NCBI GenBank assembly: GCA_965140445.1
Contig: OZ223236.1
Coordinates: forward strand, 2,496,001-2,560,000
Direction of reading: 5' to 3'
DNA: 64,000 bases
Source: Candidatus Ozemobacteraceae bacterium
GTDB taxonomy: Bacteria; Muiribacteriota; Ozemobacteria; Ozemobacterales; Ozemobacteraceae
This document shows, piece by piece, positions 20,772 to 31,947 of this stretch. The notes below the pieces were generated by a model. The model worked only from the letters and a program-made list of their open reading frames with translations, was not told the DNA's origin and made no database searches. A program made the translations under genes and the position numbers. Positions within the stretch are counted from its first letter, which is position 1, and every line of letters begins with the position of its first letter.

Positions 20772-21521
20772 GTGAAAAAAAACTTCTTATTCCTATTTTT
20801 TGTTTTCTGGCTTTCTTTTCCAGCCTTTTCATGCGATACAAGCTTAATTTCACTTTTAATTGGTGAATCCCCTGATTCAGAGTTTTTTCAGGAATTAAAG
20901 AGGATTTCTGTAACCAATATGAACTTTGGAACAAATGCATTAAATAGTAGGGTTCCTGAGAAAGATATGGATATTTTGATGGAAGCCTGGCTTGAGTTTG
21001 AACAAAAATACCGTTATTCACCCCCAGAATGGGCAAAAAAAGATAAAGAATGGCATACTAAGTTTTCATCTGTTGCAAAAATGATCGGGGAATTGCGTAA
21101 AGGAATCAAGAACAACGATTTTAACGCGCTTCACCAGAAAAGCTTATTGCTTTCTCGCCGCTTGAATATCTTTTTATCTGGCTATAAAGAAGTTGGGTAC
21201 AAAAAACACTTAATAATTATGCCTTTGATTTTCGAGGATTTAATAAGTGCATTTGAGCAAAAAGATAGGGGAAAGCTAATCTTAGCTTCAGACAAACTTT
21301 TGAAAACTGCTGATAATATTGTGGCCAATGTTGCTACAGATACAAAGGGGATTTTTGATCAATTCCACAGATATGCTGTTTCAATTCAAAAGGTAGCTAA
21401 CGCAAAGTTTGAGGAAAAAGAATTGTTTTCATGGAAGTTTAAAATGCTTCTAGATTCGCTTGAGAGCGAGTATTCTATGATGAATAGAAAGCTTTTACGA
21501 CACGAGAATAGTAGAAAATAG
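20772..21521 (+). CDS. Exported helical hypothetical protein
   Basis: Signal peptide; 249 aa. Confidence 0.6.
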   Translation: MKKNFLFLFFVFWLSFPAFSCDTSLISLLIGESPDSEFFQELKRISVTNMNFGTNALNSRVPEKDMDILMEAWLEFEQKYRYSPPEWAKKDKEWHTKFSSVAKMIGELRKGIKNNDFNALHQKSLLLSRRLNIFLSGYKEVGYKKHLIIMPLIFEDLISAFEQKDRGKLILASDKLLKTADNIVANVATDTKGIFDQFHRYAVSIQKVANAKFEEKELFSWKFKMLLDSLESEYSMMNRKLLRHENSRK

Positions 21522-21539
21522 TAGTAGAGGAACATAAAT

Positions 21540-22142
21540 ATGAATATGAATATCGAATCTTTCAAAGAATTAGTTGAAAAAGTTTATGCCTACCATACTA
21601 AAAGAGCACCAGGAATTCCTATTGGTTGTGCAATGGTGTTGCTTGCCCAGGAAAAACTTGGGCCAATAAAAAAAATTGGCGCAATTTCAGAGACTCAGGT
21701 TTGCTTATCAGACGCAATCCAGTTCATAACTGGTTGCACAATAGGCAACAAATATCTAAAGCTTAAAGATAAGATAGGGCGATATGCTTTAACCCTTTAT
21801 AGTAGAAAAGATGGGCATGGGATTCGTGTATTTGTTGATCAAAATAAAATTGATCAGGAAAAAATGCCTGAAATATGGAAATTTTTCCAAAGAAAAAGAG
21901 GGCCTGAAGTTAGAGATAATCAGGAGTTAAGAAAAGCATCTGCCGCTAAAATTGTCGAAGAATTTTATGAAGGAAAAATGGATATTTTTGGCTTTGAAGA
22001 GGTAAAGGTTAAAGATTTTGAAAAAGATCCTGTGGCTCCAGCAGTATGCTGCAGTAAATGCGGAGAAACTTTTTTGTGCCAACTTGAGCAGGAGCCAATT
22101 TGTCGAGTTTGTTCTGGCGTGGAAGCATACTACAGCAAATAA
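21540..22142 (+). CDS. FmdE-family protein with C-terminal zinc finger
   Basis: YHTKRAPG, ETQVCLSDAIQFITGCTIGN, CSKCGE...CRVC. Confidence 0.85.
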   Translation: MNMNIESFKELVEKVYAYHTKRAPGIPIGCAMVLLAQEKLGPIKKIGAISETQVCLSDAIQFITGCTIGNKYLKLKDKIGRYALTLYSRKDGHGIRVFVDQNKIDQEKMPEIWKFFQRKRGPEVRDNQELRKASAAKIVEEFYEGKMDIFGFEEVKVKDFEKDPVAPAVCCSKCGETFLCQLEQEPICRVCSGVEAYYSK

Positions 22143-22148
22143 AATCAG

Positions 22149-22194
22149 AAAAAAAAGTGTCTATTTCATTATTTTGAAATAGACACTTTTTTTT
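22149..22194. terminator. Bidirectional intrinsic terminator
   Basis: A-run GTGTCTATTTCA...TGAAATAGACAC T-run. Confidence 0.85.
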
Positions 22195-22197
22195 GTT

Positions 22198-23997
22198 TTA
22201 ATCTTCTGGTCGAAGAACTGCCATGAAAGCAGTTTGAGGTATCTCAACCCTGCCAACCATTTTCATGCGCTTCTTTCCTTCTTTTTGTTTTTCAAGTAGT
22301 TTGCGTTTTCTTGAAATGTCGCCGCCATAACATTTGGCGGTAACGTCTTTTCTGTAGGCAGGAATATTTTCCCTGGCAATAATTTTTGCACCAATTGCGG
22401 CCTGCAGTGGTATTTGAAACATATGTCTGGGGATTAACTTTCTTAATTTGGCAATAACAGCACGGCCACGAAATTCGGCTCTTTCACGGTGGCATAAGAA
22501 AGAAAGGGCGTCAACTTGCTCTCCATTGACGAGAATGTCTACTCTGGAGATATCCGCAGCAACATTTCCAATATGATCATAGTCCAAAGATGCATAGCCA
22601 CGAGTTCTACTTTTTAGTTTGTCATAGAAATCCACAACGATTTCAGATAAAGGCAAATCAAAAGCAAGAGAAACTCTATGTTCAGAAATGAATTCCATAT
22701 TGCGCATAATTCCACGGCGATCTTGGGCTAACTCCATTATTGTTCCTATAAATTCTTTTGGGACAAACATTGTCGCATGAACAAATGGTTCACGAATTTC
22801 TTGTAATTCTGTGTAAGGAGGGAGCTTTGCAGGAGAATCAATTTCAAAGGATTCGCCATTCTTCTTTACGACTTCATAGACAACGTTTGGAGCTGTAGTT
22901 ACAAGGTCTAAATTGTATTCCCTTTCGAGGCGCTCCTGAATGATTTCCATGTGCAAAAGACCAAGAAATCCACATCTGAAGCCGAAGCCCAGCGCAACTG
23001 AGTTTTCAGGGATGTAAGAAAGGCTTGAATCGTTAAGGGTCAGTTTGTCTAGAGCATTTCGAAGTTCGTTGAATTCGTTGGCTTCTACTGGGTAGAGGCC
23101 ACAAAAGACCATTTGCTTGGCCTCTTTAAATCCTGGGATGGCATCGACTGTGGTTTTAGTGTCATGTTGAATGGTATCACCAATTGAAACATGGCCCATT
23201 TCTTTGATGGCGGCACAAAAGAATCCAACCCCACCAGTTGGAATTCCTTCGGTGTTTATTGGTTTTGGCGTGAAAACTCCCGTTTCCAGGATTTCAAATG
23301 TTGATCCCGAAGAACAAAATTTAATTTTATCGCCAACCTTTAATTCACCATCAACAACCCTGCAATAAACTATTACGCCTTTGTAGGAATCATACGATGC
23401 GTCAAAGACTAATGCTCTGAAGGGATGGTCTTCATGTCCTATCGGAGGAGGCACTTTATCTACAATAACTTCGAGAAGTTCTGGAACTCCAATTCCCTCT
23501 TTTGCAGAAACCAGGATTGCGTTTGAGCAATCAATTCCAATCAGAGCTTCAATCTCTTCTTTTACTTTGTCTGGATCAGCTGCCGGCAGATCAATTTTAT
23601 TGATTACCGGGATTATTTCCAGATCCTGTGCTAAAGCGAGAGTTGCATTTGCCATGGTTTGTGCTTCGACACCCTGACTTGCATCAACAACCAATAAAGC
23701 GCCTTCACAAGCGGCGATTGAACGGGAAACTTCGTAAGAAAAATCCACGTGACCTGGAGTATCGATAAGGTTTAACGTGTATATCTCACCGTTTTTTGCC
23801 GGGTAAAACATTTTTACAGCTTGCGCTTTTATAGTTATGCCGCGCTCCCTCTCAAGGTCCATAGAGTCCAGGAGCTGGCTTTTCATTTCTCGCTTACTTA
23901 CTGTTGAGGTTGTCTCAATAAGTCTGTCCGCAAGCGTTGACTTACCATGGTCGATGTGAGCAATAATACAAAAGTTTCGAATATTTTTCTGTGACAA
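22198..23997 (-). CDS. lepA: Elongation factor 4 (LepA)
   Basis: [20 protein letters not shown] and [18 protein letters not shown]. Confidence 0.98.
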   Translation of the reverse strand: MSQKNIRNFCIIAHIDHGKSTLADRLIETTSTVSKREMKSQLLDSMDLERERGITIKAQAVKMFYPAKNGEIYTLNLIDTPGHVDFSYEVSRSIAACEGALLVVDASQGVEAQTMANATLALAQDLEIIPVINKIDLPAADPDKVKEEIEALIGIDCSNAILVSAKEGIGVPELLEVIVDKVPPPIGHEDHPFRALVFDASYDSYKGVIVYCRVVDGELKVGDKIKFCSSGSTFEILETGVFTPKPINTEGIPTGGVGFFCAAIKEMGHVSIGDTIQHDTKTTVDAIPGFKEAKQMVFCGLYPVEANEFNELRNALDKLTLNDSSLSYIPENSVALGFGFRCGFLGLLHMEIIQERLEREYNLDLVTTAPNVVYEVVKKNGESFEIDSPAKLPPYTELQEIREPFVHATMFVPKEFIGTIMELAQDRRGIMRNMEFISEHRVSLAFDLPLSEIVVDFYDKLKSRTRGYASLDYDHIGNVAADISRVDILVNGEQVDALSFLCHRERAEFRGRAVIAKLRKLIPRHMFQIPLQAAIGAKIIARENIPAYRKDVTAKCYGGDISRKRKLLEKQKEGKKRMKMVGRVEIPQTAFMAVLRPED

Positions 23998-24006
23998 AAT
24001 GTTTAC

Positions 24007-25398
24007 CTACGATTTATTCAGTATAAATCTGGAAATTACTACTTTGAGTATCCAGAGAAGAATCAGACCAACGATGATAGCTATGATGCCAAAAACTACG
24101 TTAGCAATCAAGCCCTGATTTGAAGCCCAAAAAATTCCATCAAGTTTTTGAGGAATAATTGGATCGTCCGGGCGATAACGTAAGACTCTGCGAAAGTATT
24201 CTTCTGCTTTCGCAAACTCACCTTCAGAAAAGGCTTTATCGCCAAAATAGTAGAGGGCATTAACCATGAGCTCACGCGCCTCAATGTTGTTTGGGGTAAG
24301 ATATAGCACTCTCTCTATTTTGGGAAGGGCTTCTGCCCATTTATCTTTTAGGGCGAGCTCTTTAACTTCACGGAGAATGACAGTTGCCTGACCAGGCTTA
24401 AAAAAATGAATTCTATTATTTCCCTGATCACAAATTACCAGAATAGCTTCATCGTTAAGAGCAACCCCACGTGGGTCAATAAGTTTTCCGGGGCCGGAAC
24501 CGCGTTTTACATTGTAATTAAAAACATATTTGCCCGTAGAAGAAATCTCAACCAGGCGATGGTTTTTTGTGTCTGTGATAAGAAGATTCCCGTCTGGGCC
24601 ATCTGTGATATAAGACGGGTTATGCAAATTTCCACGGTCTTTACCTTTAATTCCATATCTCCAAAGAATTTGCCCCTCAAGTGGTTGCCAGCATACAACC
24701 TGATTATAAAGAGGATATGAGACAACCAGATTTCCATCTGGCATCCAATGAACACCTCTGGGAGCTATAGATCGCAAGCCGTGTTTTGGGGTTTCTTCCT
24801 GATAAATTATTTCTTTCAAGGTCTTTCCCTCATTGCTAAAGACCTGAACGCGCTTGGTTCGCCATTCTGCAACTGCAATCCGTCCTTGTGAATCCACATC
24901 AACATCCATTGGAGATTGCAACTCTCCTTGCGCTTTGCCCCATTTACCAATTTTCCTTACCAGTGTTCCTGAAGCAAAATCAATAACCGCAATTTGATGG
25001 GAGTCCATGCAAGAAACATACAGAAATTTGTTTTCATTATCTAAAGCTAATCCTGTTGGCTTCTTTAACAAAAGTCTTAATTCTTCAAATTTTGCTAAAT
25101 CTCCGCTAACTGCGCCAGTGACGGGGTCTTTGGATGGCGCGGAAGGAATGTAGCGTATAAAATCTCCTTCTTTTGATAGAATCTGAATTCGATTATTCTT
25201 TTGATCAGCAACGACAATTCTTCCATCTTTTGTTAATACAAGATCTTCTGGATTGATGAATTCGACTTGCCCCTTGCCCTCAAAGCCTCTAATTGCATAT
25301 TCTGAAAACTCTAATGCATGGGCCATGGAAGCAAAGGAAACTAGCAGGATGGCTAGAACTAAAACTGGGTTTTTCTTAAAACTGGAAAAACAAATCAA
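24007..25398 (-). CDS. NHL-repeat beta-propeller plus TPR membrane protein
   Basis: Repeated PxDxxxDxxGRIxVAD units, TPR, C-terminal TM helix. Confidence 0.85.
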   Translation of the reverse strand: MICFSSFKKNPVLVLAILLVSFASMAHALEFSEYAIRGFEGKGQVEFINPEDLVLTKDGRIVVADQKNNRIQILSKEGDFIRYIPSAPSKDPVTGAVSGDLAKFEELRLLLKKPTGLALDNENKFLYVSCMDSHQIAVIDFASGTLVRKIGKWGKAQGELQSPMDVDVDSQGRIAVAEWRTKRVQVFSNEGKTLKEIIYQEETPKHGLRSIAPRGVHWMPDGNLVVSYPLYNQVVCWQPLEGQILWRYGIKGKDRGNLHNPSYITDGPDGNLLITDTKNHRLVEISSTGKYVFNYNVKRGSGPGKLIDPRGVALNDEAILVICDQGNNRIHFFKPGQATVILREVKELALKDKWAEALPKIERVLYLTPNNIEARELMVNALYYFGDKAFSEGEFAKAEEYFRRVLRYRPDDPIIPQKLDGIFWASNQGLIANVVFGIIAIIVGLILLWILKVVISRFILNKS

Positions 25399-26702
25399 TT
25401 ATTTATCTCCTCGATTCTATTGAAGGTAAGGTATCTATCCTTACTTAAGCGTTCTTCTTTTACGGTTCCACCGCTTTTAAAGATTCTATAAGCTTCAACT
25501 GTATAACCAGTAACTCCTGGGTGGACAATTTTTTTTGTTCCCTTTTTTAGCTTTCTGTTAAGCTTCGTCTGAAGCTTAAATGGATGTTTTACTTCGTTTC
25601 TTGTTTCCAGAATCACTTCTTCAAAAGGCTTTTGTTCAGCATAAAGTGATACTTCTACGGTTCCCTCACCAGACTTGGCACTCACCAGGATAGGAAAATC
25701 AAGATTGTTAGTGAACTTCAAATCTTTGTATCCCCACGCAATTGCGCTGTCCAAACCTCGTTGGGCGTATTCTATACCATCATAAATTGAATGGTTGTGT
25801 CTTTCATTAATTTTTAATCCTGATTGAAGCACTGCACGATACAGAGTGGTGCTTACCTGGCAAACTCCACCACCCATTCCGGGGATTACTTTGCCTCGAG
25901 AGATTACTCCAGCTTTTTTAAAACCATTTTTTGCAATTCTTGGTCCAACGACCTTGTCAAAGCTGAACTTGCCCTTTGGGGGTAAAATTAGCCCATCAAT
26001 TTTTTGAGCTGCTATGGCAAGATTTACATTTCTGTTTTCGTCATCTTTGTGACCGTCGTGAGAAGTTTTAAAAGTTGAAATAAGTGTTGTGAAGCCCATT
26101 TGTTTTCTTTTTCCTTCAAAGCCATCCGGTCCGGAATAGGTTTTTAACTCTATTGGAACCGTTAGAGTTGCTGCATCTGACATGTTTTTAATTGCCTCTT
26201 CGAGAGCCTGAAGAGTTTTTTCCTTATCAATTCCAATTCCTTGTTCTCCTCTTACGAGTCTCTGGAGCTTGTTGCCAATGTCTTCCAGTTTTGCAGGTTT
26301 TGGTTCAATTGCTTCTTCTGGTGGGGGAAGGTTGTCCACGAGAGTTTTAGCTAAATCGCCATTTGCCGTGATCTCGATAGGTTGATCTCCCTTGTAAGTT
26401 ACTTTATACAGCGGGACTTCATTGTATGGATAAAGCTTGTTTGTTCCAGAAAAAATTACTCCTACCGACTTGCTGGCTGTAACAATTTTGGGTTCAGACT
26501 TAAAAAAATCTCCCAAAACAGAATTAGATTTTTCTGTAACTTTTTTGCCGTTGCTAACGGAAGGGGTTGTGGGGGAAGAACCTTTTTGAAAATATGTAAC
26601 TCCAATAAATATACCTGTCAGGAAAAGTGCAAGGCTGGCTACCAAAGCTCCATATTTCATCCAATTTTTCATTCTTTGTCGCGCTCCTGAAATCTTATTC
26701 AA
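25395..26702 (-). CDS. VanW-family protein with G5-like C-terminus
   Basis: GGGVCQVSTTLY, ERHNHS and DLKFTN motifs. Confidence 0.9.
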   Translation of the reverse strand: MNKISGARQRMKNWMKYGALVASLALFLTGIFIGVTYFQKGSSPTTPSVSNGKKVTEKSNSVLGDFFKSEPKIVTASKSVGVIFSGTNKLYPYNEVPLYKVTYKGDQPIEITANGDLAKTLVDNLPPPEEAIEPKPAKLEDIGNKLQRLVRGEQGIGIDKEKTLQALEEAIKNMSDAATLTVPIELKTYSGPDGFEGKRKQMGFTTLISTFKTSHDGHKDDENRNVNLAIAAQKIDGLILPPKGKFSFDKVVGPRIAKNGFKKAGVISRGKVIPGMGGGVCQVSTTLYRAVLQSGLKINERHNHSIYDGIEYAQRGLDSAIAWGYKDLKFTNNLDFPILVSAKSGEGTVEVSLYAEQKPFEEVILETRNEVKHPFKLQTKLNRKLKKGTKKIVHPGVTGYTVEAYRIFKSGGTVKEERLSKDRYLTFNRIEEINN

Positions 26703-27705
26703 TCTCGCTTTTTAGTGACCTGCCCATTAAATTAGATGCGGCCTCTACAGGCGAAAGATTATTAAAAAGTACTCTGCATATTTCTTCGGTAATTGGAAGC
26801 TGAAGCTTTAGTTTTTTGCCCCATTCTTCAGCTATTTTTGCTGTTTCAACACCCTCTACAACCATTTTAGTAGACGATGAAAAATTCTCTAGTGATTCTC
26901 CCTTTGCAAGTGCTTGACCTAAACGGTGATTTCTGGATAAAGGAGAAGAAGTGGTAGCCATTAAATCTCCTAATCCAGCGAGACCATAAAAGGTTTTTAG
27001 TTCACCGCCAAGAGCAGAACCAAGTCTGACTAACTCATGAAGACTTCTTGTTAAGTAAGCTGCTTTTGCATTATCTCCAAGGTCAAGACCGTCGACAATT
27101 CCAGCGCCTATGGCAAAAATATTTTTTAAGGTTCCTCCGAGTTCGACTCCAGTTCTGTCTGTTTGTCTGTAAACACGGAATGTATTATTGGAAAGACAAT
27201 TTTGCAGTTTTTCTGCTATTTCTTCATTTGGACAAGCTACGACAGATGCACCAATTTTACCTTTTGCAATTTCATCTGCAAGATTTGGTCCTGAAAGGCA
27301 GGCAACCATATCCTCTGGAGAATTTTCTTCGATTCCTAGGACTTCGAGAATTACTTGAGAAAGTCTTTTTCCGGTATTTCTTTGGAAGCCTTTTGCAACG
27401 TTAACTATGCCACGAGCCTGAAGTAGTTCGCGTGAATATGGCTGGAGAACTGAAGATAAAAATCCCGATGGGATAGCAGTAAGGATAAAGTCCGCTTCTT
27501 CTAAAACTTCTGGAATACTATTTGAGGCGGAAACGGATGAATGAATCTGTAAATGGTCAACAAAAACCGGGTTTCTATGATCGTTGTTTATTCCATCAAC
27601 TATTTCTGTTTCTCTTGCCCAGATTCTTACCTGGTTCCCATTTTCTGCCAGTAGGTTGGCAAGCGTGGTTCCCCAGGAACCTGCTCCTAAAACGCTAAAT
27701 TTCAC
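26695..27705 (-). CDS. gpsA: NAD(P)H-dependent glycerol-3-phosphate dehydrogenase
   Basis: GAGSWGT, LSGPNLA, GLAGLGDL and SRN motifs. Confidence 0.97.
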   Translation of the reverse strand: MKFSVLGAGSWGTTLANLLAENGNQVRIWARETEIVDGINNDHRNPVFVDHLQIHSSVSASNSIPEVLEEADFILTAIPSGFLSSVLQPYSRELLQARGIVNVAKGFQRNTGKRLSQVILEVLGIEENSPEDMVACLSGPNLADEIAKGKIGASVVACPNEEIAEKLQNCLSNNTFRVYRQTDRTGVELGGTLKNIFAIGAGIVDGLDLGDNAKAAYLTRSLHELVRLGSALGGELKTFYGLAGLGDLMATTSSPLSRNHRLGQALAKGESLENFSSSTKMVVEGVETAKIAEEWGKKLKLQLPITEEICRVLFNNLSPVEAASNLMGRSLKSEIE

Positions 27706-27740
27706 ATTTGCCTCCTGAACTTTGGTCGAAAGGGTAGGAT

Positions 27741-28397
27741 CTATTGTTCCTGGCTATCTGCAACGGTTTTGGACTCTTTTTCTGATTTTTTTTGTCCAAT
27801 TGCAAGTTCTTCGCCTTTTAGAATTCTCTGGATATTCGCTTTATGTTTGTAGACAATGAAAATTGCCACTAATGCAGCGAATCCGGTTAAGTATATATTA
27901 TAGACTGGTCCGCCTTCTTTAAAAAGGAAGATAAATGCTGGTAGGGATGCGGCAGCAAGTATTGAGCCTAGCGAAACCATTCCACTCATAATTAAAACCA
28001 CAATAAAAACAAGCAGACTAGAGATAGAAGCTTTGGTCGCAAGTGCCAGAAAGATTCCAAGTCCCGTTGCTACACCTTTTCCGCCTTTAAATTTGACCCA
28101 GAACGAAAGGGTATGACCACAAATTGCAGCAGCAGCAGCAATGAATAATCCTGGTGGATAATCAGGCGCCAGTCTGGCAGTTACAATTACCGCCATCATA
28201 CCTTTTAAAACATCTAATGCAAGAGTAACTGCGAAAGGAACTTTTCCGAGAACTCTGAAAACATTAGTTGCTCCCATGTTCTTGCTTCCATGCTCGAATA
28301 TATTCAACCTGTATACTGCCAGACCAAGCCAGTATGCAGATGGAATAGATCCAAAAAGATATCCGGTTACAATTGCAATTAAGATGCTTTCGGCCAT
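27741..28397 (-). CDS. plsY: Glycerol-3-phosphate acyltransferase PlsY
   Basis: GSIP, GSKNMGATN, FKGGKGVAT and HKANIQR motifs. Confidence 0.96.
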   Translation of the reverse strand: MAESILIAIVTGYLFGSIPSAYWLGLAVYRLNIFEHGSKNMGATNVFRVLGKVPFAVTLALDVLKGMMAVIVTARLAPDYPPGLFIAAAAAICGHTLSFWVKFKGGKGVATGLGIFLALATKASISSLLVFIVVLIMSGMVSLGSILAAASLPAFIFLFKEGGPVYNIYLTGFAALVAIFIVYKHKANIQRILKGEELAIGQKKSEKESKTVADSQEQ

Positions 28398-28399
28398 TT

Positions 28400-29731
28400 C
28401 TATTTCCCGACGATTAGCTTCATTGGCCAGCCATCGAAGCTCTCTTCCTGGCGAATATGGTTCATAATATATCTCTGGTATGAAAAGTGGACTCCTTGTG
28501 GATCTGAGCTTTTCAATTTAAAGACAATTGGCGGTCCATAAAGCTGTTTAAGGGAAGTGATTTTTACAGCTCGGCCTCTGGAAGATGGCGGTGGTTGAAT
28601 AGTTAAACAATCGAAAAGAATTGTTTTGAGTCGCTCTGGTGGAATAACCCTCTTGCCAGTTTCTTGAACCTGATCTATAAGTTCAAAGAGCTTGTTAACT
28701 CTCATGCCGGTTTTGGCAGAAGTTGAAATCATAGGGGCAAAAGATAATTGGGGAAATTCTTCGCGGGTGTGTTGCAGCAATTCTTTCCAGGTGCTTTCAT
28801 TGTGCTTTCCAATATCCCACTTGTTCCAGACTATAATACATCCGGCGCCACTGTCGATAACGCGACCAGCTATTCTCTTGTCCTGATTGGATATTTTGCC
28901 GGTAGAAGCATCCATAACCAAAATTACAAGATCAGTTCGCTTAATTGCCCCCAGAGTTCTGAAAACAGAATATTGCTCAACTGAATCTTTTTTACTGTCT
29001 GGTCTTCTAAGTCCAGCTGTGTCAATAAAGTTGTAAGTTTTATTCTTGTGTTCGCATTTTACAAGGATTGTGTCTCTTGTAGTTCCAGGAACATTATCTA
29101 CAATCGCTCTGTGTTCTCCGATTAAGCTGTTGAAAATAGAAGATTTTCCAACATTGGGTTTACCAACTATGGCAATTCTATCTAAAGCTTTTTCAAGAAA
29201 TTCTTCCTCTGCCGTTTTGCTGTTTCTGGGGAATATCTCAACTACTTCGTCCAGTAGATCAGCTATCCCATGGCCGTGAACGGCGGAAATTGGGAACAGT
29301 TGGTCAACGCCAAGTTCGTAAAACTCCATTAATGGTGTTTCATTGTCTGTGTTGTCCAATTTGTTTATGGCTACAAACAATGGTCTATCAGTCCATTTTT
29401 TTCGTAGAATATTTAAGATTTCTTTGTCATCAGGAACTAACCCTGCATGGGCATCGCAAACAAAGATAACGGTTTCTGCTTCAGATAAAGCAAATTCCAC
29501 CTGATTTTTGATTGAAACCATCAGGGGCTGATTGTCATCTGGCTCAAGACCACCAGTATCCACAATATTAAAAGTTCGACCATTCCAGGTCGACTCGGCA
29601 TAATTTCGGTCCCTGGTTACGCCTGGTGTAGGATCTACTATCGCATGACGGTAGCCTACGATGCGGTTTAACAGAGAAGATTTACCCACGTTGGGTCTTC
29701 CCACAATTGCTATGGTTGGAATTACAGGCAT
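28400..29731 (-). CDS. der: Ribosome biogenesis GTPase Der (EngA)
   Basis: Two GxPNVGKS G-domains; start placed at MPVIP behind GGAGG. Confidence 0.97.
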   Translation of the reverse strand: MPVIPTIAIVGRPNVGKSSLLNRIVGYRHAIVDPTPGVTRDRNYAESTWNGRTFNIVDTGGLEPDDNQPLMVSIKNQVEFALSEAETVIFVCDAHAGLVPDDKEILNILRKKWTDRPLFVAINKLDNTDNETPLMEFYELGVDQLFPISAVHGHGIADLLDEVVEIFPRNSKTAEEEFLEKALDRIAIVGKPNVGKSSIFNSLIGEHRAIVDNVPGTTRDTILVKCEHKNKTYNFIDTAGLRRPDSKKDSVEQYSVFRTLGAIKRTDLVILVMDASTGKISNQDKRIAGRVIDSGAGCIIVWNKWDIGKHNESTWKELLQHTREEFPQLSFAPMISTSAKTGMRVNKLFELIDQVQETGKRVIPPERLKTILFDCLTIQPPPSSRGRAVKITSLKQLYGPPIVFKLKSSDPQGVHFSYQRYIMNHIRQEESFDGWPMKLIVGK

Positions 29732-29979
29732 ATTAACCTCCAGAATAAGAAGAGAGGAATGGTAGCATTTTTTGACCGGTAAAGTCAATGTGACATGCAT
29801 TAAATCAATAAATTTGAAAGCTGCTTGATAAAGAGATGGAGCAAAGAAAATAATATGCTGGAGGCTGTGTTAAAAGTAGATTTAGTTGAATAAATTTTGG
29901 AAGAGGCGGTTGCGATTGACAGTGAATCTTGCTTTTGTTAAGGTATTGATCTGATAAAAAGATTGAAAGAGGTAAAATA

Positions 29980-30693
29980 GTGATATCCTGCCTGAACTTA
30001 TTACCCATCCAAAAGCTGGATCTGGAAATTGATGAAGCTAATGCTCAGATACTCGAAAAACAGCAGAAATTTGAGAAAAATGTTGCAACAGTTAATGCAG
30101 ATTTAAAGCTTAATTCTCAAAAACTTGCATTGTTAAAAAAGATAACTCTCAGAAAAAGAGCTGCTGAAACTGAGTTTGAGGCTTTAAACGAAAAGCTTGA
30201 GCAAACTGAGAAGAAGACAATGACGGCAGGGTTGGCACCAGCTTCTTATGATGCTCTTCAAAAGGAAATTAAAGTTTTAAAAGCAAGTATTTCTGAAATT
30301 GAAAGCGCTATTCTGACAGACATGGAAAAGATCGAGCAGCTTGAAGAAGCTACATCTAAAGCCGCTAAGGTTTTAGAGGGTAGACAAAAGCATCTTGAAG
30401 AAATTAAAGTGCGTGTTGCTGATGAAAAGAAGGAAATATTAAAAAAGATTGAGATTCTAAAAACTGAAAGATCTCAGGCCACTTTAAAGATTCCGGCAGA
30501 TCAGTTGGGACTTTATGAAGAACTGCGTAATAGTAAAAAAGGACAGGTTATTTTTGATATAGAATCTACAGGCTGCCCCGCTTGTGGTATGGGATTACCC
30601 GGTGGATTTATTACAAAAATCAAGTCTCATTTTGAGGCTGAAGAGTGCCCATATTGTCACATTCTTTTACGCTGGACGGGATTAAGGGAATAA
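29980..30693 (+). CDS. Coiled-coil plus C4 zinc-ribbon protein (DUF164-like)
   Basis: Long coiled coil followed by CPACGM...CPYCHILL. Confidence 0.8.
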   Translation: MISCLNLLPIQKLDLEIDEANAQILEKQQKFEKNVATVNADLKLNSQKLALLKKITLRKRAAETEFEALNEKLEQTEKKTMTAGLAPASYDALQKEIKVLKASISEIESAILTDMEKIEQLEEATSKAAKVLEGRQKHLEEIKVRVADEKKEILKKIEILKTERSQATLKIPADQLGLYEELRNSKKGQVIFDIESTGCPACGMGLPGGFITKIKSHFEAEECPYCHILLRWTGLRE

Positions 30694-30696
30694 TTT

Positions 30697-31569
30697 GTGA
30701 AATTTGGTGATTTTTTTAAACCTAAAATAGGATTTTCAATCCTCGTATTAGTTTTTATATTTTCTGGATTAAATGTGTGTTTTTCTCAATCTACACCAGG
30801 AAATATTGAAAGCAGAGCTGAAAAATACGTTGTTGATAACGCTGGTCTGGTTAAAAATCCAATTAAAGCGCAAATTCTTGAAATTTGTCAGGAAATCGAA
30901 AACAAAATGCGCATCCGAGTCCTGATCAAGACTGAGCGAGTCGAAAACCTTTCTAAGGGACAGACCGGGGTTGAAAGCTTTTTCTCTGACTGGATCAGAT
31001 CAATTGGCCTTGAAAAGAGGGGAATCCTTATTTATGCCCTTCTTCCAGAGGGGTCAGCGCATGGAAAGGTTCATCTTCGTGTAGGAATTGGTTTAAAATA
31101 TCTTATTACAAGAGAAATGGGCGAAAATATTTTAAATCAGGTTATTTTACCCCATAATTCTAACGACAGTGATGGCCAAGGTTTTCTCGAAGGGGTTTCC
31201 ACAATTAAGAGAATGTTGCTTGACGAACTTAAGCGTGAATCCCATAGAAAGAGCTCTTATTCAAACAGATTCGACCTTAGAAGTTTTCTTTGGACATCTA
31301 AAGAGATTCTTTTGGCTCTATTGGTTGGCGTATTTTTGTTCTACATAATATTTTTTGTGGAACGCTGTCCAAGATGTAACGGCGCTTTAAAAACAAGTTT
31401 CGAAGTGTTAAAAGAGCCTGGGGTTAATACCCTTGGTCTAAGAAGAAAAGTTTATGCATGTGAAAGATGTGGCTTTTCAAGAAGGAAAAAAGAACCAATT
31501 TATCCTTCTGGCAAAGCTGGCATCTGGATGAGAATCTCTGGAACGAGAAGAAATGTAAAGATTGAGTAA
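30697..31569 (+). CDS. TPM-domain membrane protein with C-terminal zinc ribbon
   Basis: YVVDNAGLV and RVGIGL; TM helix; CPRC...CERC. Confidence 0.75.
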   Translation: MKFGDFFKPKIGFSILVLVFIFSGLNVCFSQSTPGNIESRAEKYVVDNAGLVKNPIKAQILEICQEIENKMRIRVLIKTERVENLSKGQTGVESFFSDWIRSIGLEKRGILIYALLPEGSAHGKVHLRVGIGLKYLITREMGENILNQVILPHNSNDSDGQGFLEGVSTIKRMLLDELKRESHRKSSYSNRFDLRSFLWTSKEILLALLVGVFLFYIIFFVERCPRCNGALKTSFEVLKEPGVNTLGLRRKVYACERCGFSRRKKEPIYPSGKAGIWMRISGTRRNVKIE

Positions 31570-31572
31570 TTT

Positions 31573-31944
31573 GCAGGATAGCTGGTCGGTCGCGTTTGCG
31601 TGAAAACGTAAATGAGGAAAGTCCGGGCTCCATAGGGCAGGGTGCTGGGTAATACCCAGGCTTCGAAAGAGGAATCTTTCGGGGATGGAAAGTGCAACAG
31701 AAAATATACCGCCGATGGCCTGAAAAGGCACAGGTAAGGTTGAAAAGGTGCGGTAAGAGCGCACCGGAGTCATTGGCGACAGTGATTCCTGGTAAACCCC
31801 ACCGGAGCAAGACCTAATATGAAGTATGGGGCTGCCCGCCTCGTTAAACTTCGGGTTGGTCGCTTGAGGTAAGGGGAAACCCTTATCCTAGATAGATGAC
31901 CGACGCCCGCAAGGGTACAGAACCCGGCTTATAGGCTATCCTGC
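31573..31944 (+). ncRNA. rnpB: RNase P RNA (type A)
   Basis: GAGGAAAGTCCGGGCTCC and ACAGAACCCGGCTTA universal motifs; P1 helix GCAGGATAGC/GCTATCCTGC. Confidence 0.97.
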
Positions 31945-31947
31945 TTT

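Noticed and set aside
31424..31810. Three minus-strand ORFs of 65-128 aa
   Set aside because: They are antisense shadows of the RNase P RNA gene.
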